A stretch of DNA of 64,000 bases. It comes from Malacoraja senta. Lineage: Eukaryota. The notes under the pieces are model-generated. The model saw only the letters and a program-made list of their open reading frames with translations, ran no database searches and had not been told where the DNA came from. Position 1 is the first letter of the stretch. Every line of letters begins with the position of its first letter. Of this stretch, positions 36,960 through 49,703 are shown in pieces. The stretch covers positions 4,776,001 to 4,840,000 of the forward strand of contig CM075990.1 of NCBI GenBank assembly GCA_038087875.1, read 5' to 3'. The translations under genes and the position numbers were made by a program.

Positions 36960-37686
36960 TAACGGACATTACACCACTAATCATCGATGGGGACTGTGTG
37001 GAAAGGGTGGCGGATTTCCGCTTCCTGGGAATCCACATTGAGGAGGACCTGACTTGGAGCGTGAACACCTCTGCGCTGCTGAAAAAGGTCCAGCAGAGAC
37101 TGTACTTCCTGAGGGTGCTCAGGAAGAACAACATCACCCAGAGACTGCTGCTATCCTTTTATCGATGCTCAATTGAGAGCATCTTAACATACTGTGTATG
37201 CGTGTGGTACACCAGCTGCACAGCAGCTAAGAGGAAAGCGCTCCAGAGGGCTATTGACAACGCCCAGAAGATTATCGGCTGCCCTCTCCTCACCTTGGAG
37301 GACCTACACAGTTCCCACTGTCTCAAAAAATCGCAGATCATAAAGGACATTTTCCACCCCGGTCACTCCCTGTTTGAACTGCTGCCGTCAGGCAGACGGT
37401 ACAGATCAATGAGGACAAGGACAAACAGACTCAAAAACAGTTTTTATCCCACAGCAATAAATACACTTAATGTAGCCACCAAATGAGTACAGGTGTGCTA
37501 CACACCAAAGGGACTGTGAAATCGACAGAAGAATGTGTTTTTTTTTCATGTTATTTATTTTAGTTGTTTATCTTAGACTTTTGCTCTAAGAAAATGTGTG
37601 AACGGTGCACTGACTGGTTGGCATTTCTAATTTCGTTGTACATGTTTACATGTTATAATGACAATAAAGTATTCATTCATTCATTC
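36960..37686 (+). mobile_element. Rex1/Babar-like LINE 3' end
   Basis: VERVADFRFLGIHIEEDLTW...QQRLYFLRVLRK...FYRCSIESIL...LPSGRRYRS...RLKNSFYP; AATAAA and (ATTC)n tail. Confidence 0.88.
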
Positions 37687-40296
37687 AAGTGCGAGGGTGA
37701 GTGATGGGAGATTGATAGGGGATTGCTCTTTACCAGCTAGCCCCTCCCTTCTCCACACCAGCAGTCTTCCCTCGACACTCACTGCCCTGATGCTAGGTGT
37801 TGATTTGAAATTCCAAACACCATTCCTTTGCCTCCCTAGACAGCATCTGCAGTCTCTTGCCTATCCAGAAACCGGGGATCTGATTTACACATTGGTTAGA
37901 TGTGTTTAGGTATGCACTTCCTTTCACTGCATTAATTCTTTCAAATATTTGGCAGAATATTTATTAGTTTCACCAACTCCAGGCAGCTGATATCGACTCC
38001 ATTCGGGTTCAAACCCACAGAACACTGGTGCATAGGATTCCCATCATACCATAAACTCAAAAAGTTCCATATAAACCTTCTGCTCTACTTTATATTACAG
38101 AAAAGCATTGCAAAGAAAATACCAACCTAACTTAAGGGCTTCCAAATTCAGATCTCATTTGCCACCCTCCCATGGATTTACCTTTTTGACCAGTCTGTCA
38201 TCAGGTCATAAGTGATAGGAGCAGAATTAAGCCATTCGGCCCATCAAGTCTACTCCGCCATTCAATCATGACTTATCTATCCCCCTCCAAACCCCATTCT
38301 CCTGCCTTCTCCCCATACCAGTCACCATGTCTCACAATCCAGGCGGACTGCATCACCCTGCCCTCTGCATCATCCTTGTTATCTGCTCTAAAACCTCAGT
38401 CGAATTAATCAGTTACACCAACCTTCCTTAAATTCATAGCTCCCTCGATTTATGCCTTTTCAAACTGGCTTGTACTGTCAATCAGAATGGATTCCAATAA
38501 TTTACTGCCCCGTCATGTTTTTAAATAAAAACACGTTATTTTTCAGGATCTGTGAACTTAGGACAAAACCAATATTTATTGCCTATCCCTGGATGCCCAT
38601 GACAAGGAAGGGAAGAGCCGCCACCTTGAACCACTGCAGTCCTTTTGGTGTTTTTTTGGGACTTATTTGCCACTTTTCAATCCATGCCTGCATGTTATCT
38701 AGGAGTTCTTCCATGCAGGCATGGTCTCCAACATTTCCTGAAAAAATGTGAATGGAAATGTGCAAATATCACCAGTTCAGACCCTCTGGTGCAAAGAAGG
38801 TCATTAATGATGCAGCAACAGATGCCTGGTCCTACAATTCTGCTCTGACAAACACCTCTAGTTAGAATATTTATAGAGTCATTCAGCACAGAAATATGCC
38901 CTTTGGCCCAACTTGCCCATGCCAACCAAGATATCCCATCTATGCTAGTCCCACCTGCTCACATTGGCCCTCTAAACCTTTCCTAGCCACATACCTGCCC
39001 AAATGCCTCTTAAATATGCCCCTTGGGTTCCAATTAAAGAAATAGGAACCCCCAGCAACCACAGCCTTTTGATAGGTATGTCCCCAACCATTCAAGTGAT
39101 TTCTCCTTGATAGCCACTGACCAGTTTTACCCGGGTGCCTTGATGTCAAGGGCAGTCACTCTCATCCAGAATTCAGCTCTCCAGTCCATGTTTGGACCAA
39201 GGCTGTGATGGGGAACGGAGCCAAGTAAAACTCCAATTGGCCATTAACAAACAGGTTATGGGTGGGTAAATACTACTCGATACCACTGTTTTGCTACTTT
39301 ATCCCATCTTTCCTAGTTAAACAGTACACTGTAGCAGTGCTCCCATTTTCTGACTAATACTGCAACCTGGGAAGATTGAAAAAGTTCATGGTCAATAATG
39401 TTTCATACAAGCAGTCAGTTAGCCCAAAGCTATCACATTATTTAAGTAGACAAAAATGCTGGAGAAACTCAGCGGGTGAGGCTGCATCTATGGAGCGAAG
39501 GAAATAAGCAACGTTTTGGGTCGAGACCTTCTTATTTAAGTACATTAAGTACAAGTTATTTTCTTAATTTACCACCCTGGTTCCATAATCACAGCTCCCT
39601 TGCTAAACATTGTTACACTGCCTCCATCGAGCCACAAGCTGCCTTTTACTGTGATCTGCTTGTGCCCGCAATCACTGCTCACTTGCTGACTAGCCTTGCT
39701 GGGCTGACCAGTATCAGTGCCCACACAAGATAATGCAGTAGAAATCTATATTGCGTTGGTAATAATGGGTACCTACTCGAAGAGTTCATGCTGTGGTTTA
39801 TATCCCACAAAATTCATCATTGTTCAATTCACATTCCTCTACTGACCTGGTAAGAACCTTTGAATAGCCATTTCTCTGGAACAAAGGGCTCCTTATAGGG
39901 AGAAAACAGATCGTCAAATAATTTGGATTGATCCTACATGGAAAAGAAAAAATGCACAAATCAGAATGTGTTGTCAAGTTTATACAATTTAAGTGACAAG
40001 ATTGCACTCCAACTCTTAATAGGTGTCAACCTACACCAGATCCAATTCCTCCCAACTACAATAACAAAAAACAAGTGGCATGCCCCATCAAAAGCAGTGG
40101 AAGACAGGACTTCATTCCTCACCCCCACCCAAAGAACCACGAAGTTACCAGAGATCTTGCATTTTACAGATCAAGTGTAAGTTAGATTCCTATATACCAA
40201 AAGAAACCCAACTGCTAGTTTTCTTGTTTCATAATAAACAGCAACTATGAAGCGAGATATAACATTAACACATTTTTCAGACACACAGAACAAGTA

Positions 40297-40516
40297 CAGT
40301 GCACTCCATGTTTTTTATAACAAAGACCTATCATTTATTTATTTGCCTTTGTACTCCACAATTTGAGATTTGTAATAGAAAACATCATGTGGTTAAAATG
40401 CACATTGTCAGATTTTATTAAAAGCCATTTTTATACATTTTGGTTTCACCATGTATAAATTACAGCTGTATTTATACGTAGTCCCCCCATTTCAGTGCAC
40501 CATAATGTTTGGGACA
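40297..40516 (+). mobile_element. Solo Tc1-like terminal inverted repeat (IR/DR type)
   Basis: TA/CAGTGCACTCCAT start and inner direct repeat CAGTGCACCATAATGTTTGGGACA about 200 bp apart. Confidence 0.7.
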
Positions 40517-40563
40517 GTTAGGCGGTCCATTTGCATGAGTGACGCTATATCACAGATACTCAC

Positions 40564-40644
40564 CTTTACTGGAATCTTCTCCTGACCAACAGAAAGACTT
40601 AGATTAGAGAAAAGATTGGACACTTCAGGAATACCCTTCAGTCC
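40564..40644 (-). CDS. NCOA4: NCOA4 coding exon 8
   Basis: ttgttcatag / GLKGIPEVSNLFSNLSLSVGQEKIPVK / gtgagt; 81 nt; aligns to human YGLPAVCDLFACMQLKVDKEK. Confidence 0.85.
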
Positions 40645-42450
40645 CTATGAACAAAAACAGTAAATGGTTTATGAAACATCAGGGAACGTTGATTATTGAA
40701 TGCTGCAACTTAGAAAGATAATTTCCACTGTACTGCTTAAGCTGCACTGCACTAAACTCATGTTAACTGAACAGGGAATAGGTAAAACAGCCAACATGGT
40801 TAGAGACTAAGCATAGACTAGGCGACCGTTTCACTAAACACTAGGCCTGCCAATGCCTAGGCCTGACAATGCCTATTGGATCTCCCGGTTGCTAACCATT
40901 GACCTTTCTGTCCTTGGCCTTTGGAAACCAATGCCTGGATCAGAATGACAAAAAAAATGTACTGTGATACATCAGCCTCTTCTAATCCAGTTCAACTCCA
41001 AGGTGGTAAGTATAGAATCTCTCTGGAATCACCTATTGACTGTAGAAAAGCAAACTCTGATCGATGACATCTCCAACCATCAGCCAGTTTGTTTAATACT
41101 CTATCAGTAACGTGTAGTATGGCATGACGCATTCAATGTTTACATGCATGGTCTTGAAGAGGGCTGTTTAGTGAATGTGATGGAAAGTGACTAATATATC
41201 ACAAAAAAACTCATTGATATCAAATAGAGGTTAAGATCCCAGATAAATCATATCTAAGCAAAGGTCAAGTTCTAACCAAAGCTGTTCCCACATCCCAGCT
41301 CAATTAAAATAAAAACAAAGCCACATTTGCACAGCTGGCAAGCAATAAGAACCATCATTCCTCACGTCATCATTCTGTGGGTTTCAAGCTCAATTATTTA
41401 ATAAGCACAGCTTTCAATCATTGACCTGTAAAAAGGATACTAGTATTGTTACCCAAAACCGATATCCCATTTAATGGTTAATCAATGCTAGATAAACTAT
41501 AACGCCTTCATAACCTTTTTGCAAATATTAAACTAGAAACATAATGGCATATTACGTATATTAAATAAATAATACGTATATTGAATAAATTACGTGCCAA
41601 TGATCAGAAGTTTCCATTGTTCAATGTATCATTTTGGGACCACTTTTTTTCCAATAGCCTTTTCACAATTGGGGAATGAAAACATTAAAGTCTTATTTTC
41701 ACAACCTGGGGTCTTTAGTTTTCAATCCCAAAATGTAATTTCTTCTTGAAATCCCTCCTCTTCATAATAGTTTTAAATATAGATCTCACCTATCCTGACA
41801 TCACTCAATGTATCTCAGTGGCAATGCTTATGAACTGGATCACAATGTTTTCCCACATTAAAGTGCAACCTGGTGCGGAGACCAAGATGGGAATAGGGGA
41901 GCAGAAGCAGTTCCGCAAAAATAAAATCTTGAATCAATCGAGTCAAACAGCTCCCATCACATTTAAGACCGAGGATAAGACACAAAATGCTGGAGTAACT
42001 CAGCAGGTCAGACAGCATCTCTGGAGAAAAGGAATAGGTGACAATTTGGGTCGAGACTTCTTCAGACTGAGAGCCGGGGAGAGGGAAACTAGCTTTATGA
42101 AAAGGTATAAAGAACAAATGAATATCCATTAATATATGTTTGGCTTAAGATTCCAGCATCTGCCCTTACTTGTGTCTCCATCAATATCCACTAGAGTAGT
42201 AGGTCTCTTTCCTATAGTGGGGCCCAATATATGACCTGTTTCAGCAGTGGACATTTCAGAAAGTCAATAACAACACGATTAGGGCAGTACTCTGTTTTGC
42301 ACTTGCTATTGCTTTTCTCACCCAATATTGAATTAGTTACCTACAGAACCAAGTGACAAATATGAATAAATCTAAGTTTTACAAATAGTGACCGCTTTAT
42401 CATAGCTCAAGCTAGTTTCTGGAGCAGGAAGGGAGTGGAGAGATTCTTAC

Positions 42451-43650
42451 TTGTGCTTTCTTGCGCAACAAAAATTTATTTTCCACTTCAAGCTCTGCTC
42501 CCTTCTCAGGACCCGCGGGGATTTTGTGCATCCACTTATCCAGATTCATGGGCGTGGTGACTGGACTGTTTGACTTCAGGTCTTCAAGTGACTTCACGGG
42601 AACGTTGACAGAAGATTCCAGGGGTAGTAGCTCTCTTGCCGATTTTGTCAGGGGGTGCAACCACTGGTCTAACTCGCTCTTGTCTGGCGCTGTGATGCCT
42701 TTGTTTGGCTGACCCGTCTGCACTCCATTCTTGTCCTTCCCTCCTTGCTTGAGTAGCCACTCGTTGATGGCTTCCTTCTCGCAGCTCCGTCCACACACAC
42801 ACGCAGAGAAGCTGCTGCAGGGCTCGTTAGCCTTGCACACGTCTGCAACTTGAATTGGCAGCATTGACTGCTGAAGGCGCCGTGCTTCATTCGGTGAAGC
42901 TGGTGGCGACTTCTTGGCATTCTGGTGCTCACCCAGGCACTTCAGCTTTCCAAGGTTTTCAATTTCGATGGCTTTTGTTTGAACTCCACAGCAACTAATG
43001 CAGGATTCAGACTTGGACTTCAAAAGCCACTCACTGGCAATAAACCTCTCTCTGAATGGCTGGGTTATGGATTTCCACTTGCCTTTATCGCTGCTGTTAT
43101 CGCTCATTTTCTCTACACGCGTGTGCTTCACATTGGAGCCACTCGTCTTTGCATTAGGTGGCCTCTGCTCTTTCTCCTCTGTGTCCACAACCTCCATGTC
43201 AAATTGCTCTACTAGCTCAAAGGTGGAAGAACTACTGGATGACTCAATATGCTCACAAACAGGAGCTTCCTTGGAAGGATCAGATTTCTTCTCAACAGGA
43301 ATGAGCCAGTGCTCAAGGCCCTGACGATGCCCCCACGCCTGCAACCTGTAGTAACTCATGTCAGTGTGGTTCTCACGGGTTGAACTAAAGTATTGTCGTA
43401 CAGTTGGTTTCTCCGTTGCGTCATTCTTCTGCTTGCTGGGAAGCAGCCAATGCTCCAGGCCCTGCCGTTTACCCCAGGCCTGTTCTCTATAATAGCCTGG
43501 GTCCTTTGGTCCCAGGTTACAGCTGGTGGTGGTTTGAGTGGATTGTTGAGTCATGACGTTTTCAGTTAGGTTGTTCTTTTGGTTACTGGAACACAGCCAG
43601 TGGTCAAGGCCCTGTTGACATTCCCAAGCTCTCATGTTTGTTGATGAACC
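42451..43650 (-). CDS. NCOA4: NCOA4 large coding exon 7 (1200 nt, 400 aa)
   Basis: ttcccacag / GSSTNMRAW...[12 protein letters not shown]...[39 protein letters not shown]...KFLLRKKAQ / gtaaga. Confidence 0.96.
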
Positions 43651-44496
43651 CTGTGGGAAAATTAAATACCAGAGCTAATTAAAGACAATTCCAACTGCTT
43701 TACACCATACAATGAATCTTAACGCCACTCTGCAATCAATTACATTAAACTGATCAGGGATGCTTACATATGAACTAAGCTTCAAATGCCAAATACAGTA
43801 AAACTCCATTAATTCACATCGCGACTTACGGTCCTGGATGGGCAGATTTTCATACTATCGAATGTTGTTTTATTTATTCTAAAATATACTTATAATTTTT
43901 TTTTTTTAAATAACGTTACACAACATTTCAGTAACATCGAGGAGCACAGGAACCGGGGCCCAGGTGAGTGGCAAGTGCTAATGTTACCTGGTGAGGCTGA
44001 TAATAACCAAATGTATCTCCAACTGACCAGACAGCAGATTTTCAGTGCTATGCTGTAATCCACCTGTCCCACAACTCAATGCCATAATATGATCTGTTTT
44101 TCTTCTAGTGTTCCCTCCAACAAGCATCGTTGGTTTACCTATCGTTTTAGTGGATTCAATATCCACTATAGTTATCCATTTAGTTACCTATTGCCATTTT
44201 GGAAGCAGTAAATATTTTCAATTTCCACTATCCCTTGAAAATATTGAATTCACCTCTCCCCAATGTGCAACTCTTCTGTAAACTGATGATGTTCCCCCAC
44301 TACCTCAATAAAAGTAATCAAAAATTAATTTGAAGTTCCAATAGTTGCCAAATTTGATTGCCCCCTCTCTGTTGCGTACCTGTTGTGATAGATTCATTAC
44401 AGAGATGCAGCCCACATTACAAACCATCAAATATATTTTTATTAAAAAAAATATCAAAGTAACTAAAACCGGCTACCCAATTATGAATTCACTTTG

Positions 44497-44652
44497 GTAC
44501 ACAAAAATGCTGGAGAAACTCAGCGGGTGCAGCAGCATCTATAGTGCGAAGGAAATAGGCAACGTTTCGGGCCGAAACCCTTCTTCAGACTGAGGGATGG
44601 GAGGAGACAGACCGAGGGCTGAGGAAGGGGAGGAGACAGCAAGGGACAGCAA
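44497..44652 (-). mobile_element. Penelope-derived repeat with hammerhead motif (44561-44588) and 18-bp TSD
   Basis: TSD AATTATGAATTCACTTTG at 44479-44496 and 44653-44670. Confidence 0.8.
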
Positions 44653-45599
44653 AATTATGAATTCACTTTGTTTGGCATGGCTAGATCCTCACTATGCGTT
44701 TAATGTGATCTAATTAACATTGAGATTTGATAAAAAAATGTATTGGTAATTAATAACTAGATGGGTTAGAAATCAATTATAATCATTTTTTTATTATAGT
44801 TTTTTTAATTGCATGCTGATTACTATTTGAAATACCTGAACTCTGGCCTAGGTAGTCATTAATTACAAATACTTTTTATCAAATCACAATGTTACTTCAT
44901 CTCTTCCTATGCTGACTAAGAGTGAAACTTGGCTTATCATGCCTATTACACCAAGTTAAATCCAGTTTTACCTGTACCAACGCAAAAATATAAGGGCAAT
45001 GGTCCTCAATAGTTCTAAGTTATGCAATATAATAGCTGTCTCCTTCGTTCAAATGACTGACAGAGGTTGCTCAGCAATCATAAACAGTTTTCTCAACAAA
45101 GTTATATCCTCTAAATTTGTAAATAAAATGCATTGAATTGGAGAGATTACAAAACACTCCACTTCAATATAGACACGGGGAAACTACCGATGCTGGTTCG
45201 GGTCTCAACCCCTAAATTATGCCCATCCATGTCTTCCAGATATGCTACCTGACCTGCTGAGATACTCTGACTGCACTTCAATACCCAGTAGAGAGAGATG
45301 AACTAAACCACACATAAACCCAAGCCTTAAAACAAAAATGGAAACATTCCCATCACAATTATCCTGAGGCAGAAGGATCAAGATACCTCACACCGAATTA
45401 TTCATAACTAGGCAAAGTCAAGAAAGAATGTGTAATAAATGCCAATAAATGTCATCTCTTAAGAATCAGGATGTTGTTCAAACATATTTCCCTTTCAGCA
45501 TTCAAAGGGAACATTCGCTTCACTCGAATTTCCGTAGAACATTCTTGTATAACCACAAGACGTACAACTGATGCCGTTTTACTACTTCCTGCTCTCCCA

Positions 45600-45845
45600 T
45601 TATCTGGAGCACAAATTCTCATTCCAGGTGAAATGCCAATCAACTAGTATATGTAATTTGTGTGTCTGATTGTTCATAATGTCATCTCTACGTGGGAGAA
45701 GCAATGAGGAAACTGGGCAACTGTTTTGCAACCATGAATCCTGAGCTTCAAATCAAAAACCACTTTAAAACTTTATATGACTCTCCTCAGTCTCCTGGAC
45801 ACTCCAATCAAGCTCAAATATAACTGTGCTTAATTGAAGAGTGGG
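45600..45845 (+). pseudogene. Degenerate Penelope GIY-YIG endonuclease fragment
   Basis: FQVKCQ...C.*CHLYVGEAMRKLGNCFA...PELQIKNHF resembles the PLE motif CxxCxxLYIGETxRxLxxRFxEH...VAxHF; contains stops and deletions. Confidence 0.65.
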
Positions 45846-47153
45846 TCGCACGAGTTCCCGGAGCCACAAGAGCTGATCTTGTAGTCTGTAGTAAAAACAA
45901 AACCGGGGTCACTCGGCAGGAAAGGTAGCATTTGTGGAGGGAATGGGGTGGTTGGTATTTCAAGTCAAGACCCTGCCGGAGTGAGACAGCACAAGGTGAT
46001 TGTGAGGGCAAGGCAGGTGAGGAAAGAGGCAGTGTACAGATAGAGCCAGGTGGGAGAGAGGAATGTGGTGAAGTTGGGAGAAAGCAGGGTGATAGGTACA
46101 GACACAATGAGAAAGAAAAAAGTGGGGTCAGATAGAGCCAGAAATTGGAAGGTGGCGAGTGGAGACGAGAGACTGTGCATGCCAGAAAATGATAAGTGAG
46201 GCGATAAAGGTTTAGAACACTTTGAATGTATTGTGCTGGGTAATGGGCAGAAGCATCCTGGTGAAGGAGGGGAGAACTGGGAAAAAGAAAGGAGCACAGG
46301 GAGTAGTGAACCAGAAATAAGAAAAACCCTTCGATTGTAGACTGACCAGACATAACCATAGTCATAGAGTGTGGACGCAACTCGCCCACACCGGCCAACA
46401 ATGTCCCAGCTACCCTAGTCCCACTTGCCTGCGCTTGGTCCATAATCCTCCAAACCTACTTATTTGCAGCTACAGACACAGGTTAGCAGTTTTTTTGACA
46501 GAATACGCAGGTTACAAATACGGCTGCTTCTACTTATGGCCCCCCCCCCCCCTGTTTTTTGCCATGATCTATCACTATACCCTCGTCCCTTTTGATATTT
46601 CCCTTCTCCTCCTCTCTCACTGTATCGTAAAACTTTAGTTTTTATCTTGTCCTGACAAAAGGCCATCCCGAGAGTATTTTCTCCCACCACCCAGATACTG
46701 CCCAACCTCCTGAGCATTTCCAACAAAAAATGTTTCCACATTTGTAACAACCGCACCTTTTATTTCAAAGAATATTGAACTTTAAGGGTGGGGAAAGTTA
46801 TTTCATTGCAACACAGAGTTGCTGGTTGATGAACTCAAACTGCTTGAAGTCATGACTGGCACGATTAACAAGCTGTTTGGAGACAGCATCAACCATTCTA
46901 CCATATATAGAAATGTATAAATAATTGTCGCTTAACACAATTTTGTACCATCGGTGTGGAGTTTGCAAATCCTCCCGCCTTGACTAACTTCACCTTAAAA
47001 AGACACGTATTGGTAGGTTAATTGGCCATGGTATTACCCCTGGTAAGTAGTAGACGTGGGAAGGTGGGAGGAGCAGGGTAGCAGACACAGAATAGCAGGG
47101 AGCCCTTTTGCGGGTTTATGGCTCGACGAACCTACAGCTAAACTGATACCCAC

Positions 47154-47267
47154 CTGGCTGGGCTGCTTGAGTGGCCGATCTTGCATGTTAATGAATGGCA
47201 TCCGCACAGCAGGGGGGCTGCACAGCCAGTCAGCGAGCGGGCACTCGTTTCCATTGGGGATTGCCTT
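47154..47267 (-). CDS. NCOA4: NCOA4 coding exon 6
   Basis: ttttcttgcag / KAIPNGNECPLADWLCSPPAVRMPFINMQDRPLKQPSQ / gtgggt; 114 nt. Confidence 0.88.
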
Positions 47268-47486
47268 CTGCAAGAAAAGACCCAAGGTTAATGCAAAATA
47301 ACATAGGTGCTGCAAATACTGAAGTCAGCAATACTGAATGTTAAACAAAATATAAAGTACTGGAGAAACTCAGCGGGTCAGGCAGCATCTTGGGAGGAAA
47401 TGGAGAGATGACATTTTGGGCCAGCACTTTTCTTAAGACTGGTTTTTGTATTCAGATTTCAATACTAACTTTAACATGAATTATAT

Positions 47487-47900
47487 TTCATAGAACATAG
47501 AACAGTGCAGCACGGTAAATAGGCCCTTCAGCCCACAATGTCTGTGCCGAACATGGTACCAAGTTAAACTGATTTCATTTGCCTATACTTGATCCATATC
47601 CCTCTATTCCCCGCACTTCCATACACCTGTCTATAAACCTCTTAAACGTCACTATTGTATCTGCCTCCTCCACCACTCTAGGCATTGCATTCCATGCCCC
47701 CACCACTCTCTTGTACAAAACAAAACCTGTCCTGCACATCACCGATAAACCCCCCCCCCCCTTAATAGCTATGCCCTCGTGCTGGACATTTCCACCCTGG
47801 GAAAAATATTCTGATTGTCTATCTATGCCTCTCATAATTTTATGTACTTTTATCATGTCTCCACTCAACCGAACCTTCTAGGAAGAACAATCCAAGTCTA
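47487..47900 (-). mobile_element. Degenerate CR1 3' end
   Basis: GDMIKVHKIMRGIDR...RVVGAWNAMPRVVEEADTIVTFKR; (TTCTATG)n tail. Confidence 0.8.
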
Positions 47901-48588
47901 TCCATCAAACATAAATCAATAGCACACTTCAAATGTAAAGACATTCACACAGTGTACCTCTCTTATAATAAGAACATATTATTAATTATTAATACAGTTC
48001 ACATAAACTGATAAGTTTCATGATTTTAGTTTCAAAGAGATCACAAAGTGCAAAGTTACAACTAATAGCAGCCAAAATTAAGGTACATGATAATCAAAAG
48101 CAGATAAGATTTATAATATTTGTAATAACTGTGATCATTATGAATTATAACCCAATGTCCAACTCACTTATGAAACAGCTTATACCTCAGAAAAGGCCGC
48201 TTCACGTTTGAACAAATTGATTTATATGTTCAGCGATGGTCCTATTGGAATTTAGAATTTGAACCTTTGAGATCCAGTCTCTGAAAATCAAGGCTGTAAT
48301 CACCAACATTACTCAAGTTTATACTCAAATCCTGATGGAATACTTTCCAGTATCTGTGCATTCCTGATGAGTTCAGTAGCATTTAATAACTATGCCAATC
48401 CCAAGGCAATTTGTGGTATTCATTCAATAATTGTATAATTAATGTAGTTTGCACTTTGTGTACACATACCAGCAAACAAAGAATGAAAGAGGACAGCTTT
48501 TAAGCACAGATGAATCAAGATCAATAGAATCAACCCACTAGAAATACAAAGTGCAATGTGGCGCTCTGTATGTAAAAAGACAGTTTAC

Positions 48589-48666
48589 CTTTGTCAGCAT
48601 CGGTATTAAACAGTAATCCAGGTCAGCTGCCATGGTGCAAGAATTCCTGCAATCTCTTTCTGAACC
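48589..48666 (-). CDS. NCOA4: NCOA4 coding exon 5 (poorly conserved linker)
   Basis: gatgtag / GSERDCRNSCTMAADLDYCLIPMLTK / gtaaac; 78 nt, phase 0-0, open frame at the position expected from the human gene; weak pyrimidine tract. Confidence 0.65.
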
Positions 48667-49332
48667 CTACATCAGATCAGAAATTCATTTAATCAGTTGA
48701 TTTATGCAGCCAAAACATCAAGTCAATTAACATTGGTCACTGCCACCAATCTTAGACCCAGGGTTATACATGGCACGAACGCCAACTAATTCACTATCCA
48801 AAAACTTGGAACTCTATTTGGTCACCTGCCTTTTCCTTGAAAACAATTCAGCCCCAGAGACCAGATTGTTACATCTGTTAAGATAAACATGTAATTTCTC
48901 ATTGAGGTTTAGATTACAAGCCAAAAGTCTCAGAATTAATTCATAATTTCATTATGAGCATAGGCACTGTCACAATTTCTCCCCCACCACTTTGGTGATC
49001 AAAGCAGCTTTTGCATGGTAGAGATTATACTTCTCAAGTAACTGTGTCATGAAGCAATTCCTATTGACACCTTTTAACTCGGGTATGAAAGAAGAACATT
49101 TCTTTGGTAATAACATAACAAATGTGCACAATCTAAACGTACAAAGTTGCAGTTCTGATAGCAAGAAACTAAAGCTATTGGGGAACTCAGCGAGTCAGGT
49201 AGCATGTGTGAAGGGAAGTGGATAGATGATGTTTGGGGTTGAGACCCTTCCTCTGGGCTTACAAGAGACAGGACCTAGGTAGGTGTGGGAGTCGGTGGGA
49301 TTGTCATAAATGTCAGTGGATAGTTTGTCTAC

Positions 49333-49703
49333 TGATTCAAGATTCAATCTTTAATTGTCATTGTGCAGTGTACAGTACAGAGACAACGAAATGCAGTTAG
49401 CATCTCACCCAGAAGAGCGAACATAGAATAATGGAACAGCAAAATATATAAATGTACAAACGGTATCAGTAGTGCAATGTTTACTGGGGGAAGAAGTGTC
49501 CGGGGGGGGGGGGTGACTGGCAATCATCAAGGTGCAGAGTTAAGTAGTGTAACAGCCGCAGGGAAGAAGCTGTTCCTGAACCTGCTGGTCCGGCAATGGA
49601 GAGACCTGTAGCGCCTCCCGGATGGGAGGAGGGTAAACAGTCTGTGGCTGGGGTGAGAGCAGTCCTTGACGATGCTGTGCACCCTTCGCAGACATCGCTT
49701 GCT
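49333..49703 (-). mobile_element. Rex1/Babar-like LINE 3' end
   Basis: RCLRRVHSIVKDCSHPSHRLFTLLPSGRRYRSLHCRTSRFRNSFFPAAVTLLN; (TTGAATC)n tail. Confidence 0.85.

Noticed and set aside
42412..42450. ORF-track C-terminus [12 protein letters not shown] as the NCOA4 end
   Set aside because: Read-through past a canonical CAA/GTAAGA donor at the conserved KKAQ boundary; downstream exons exist
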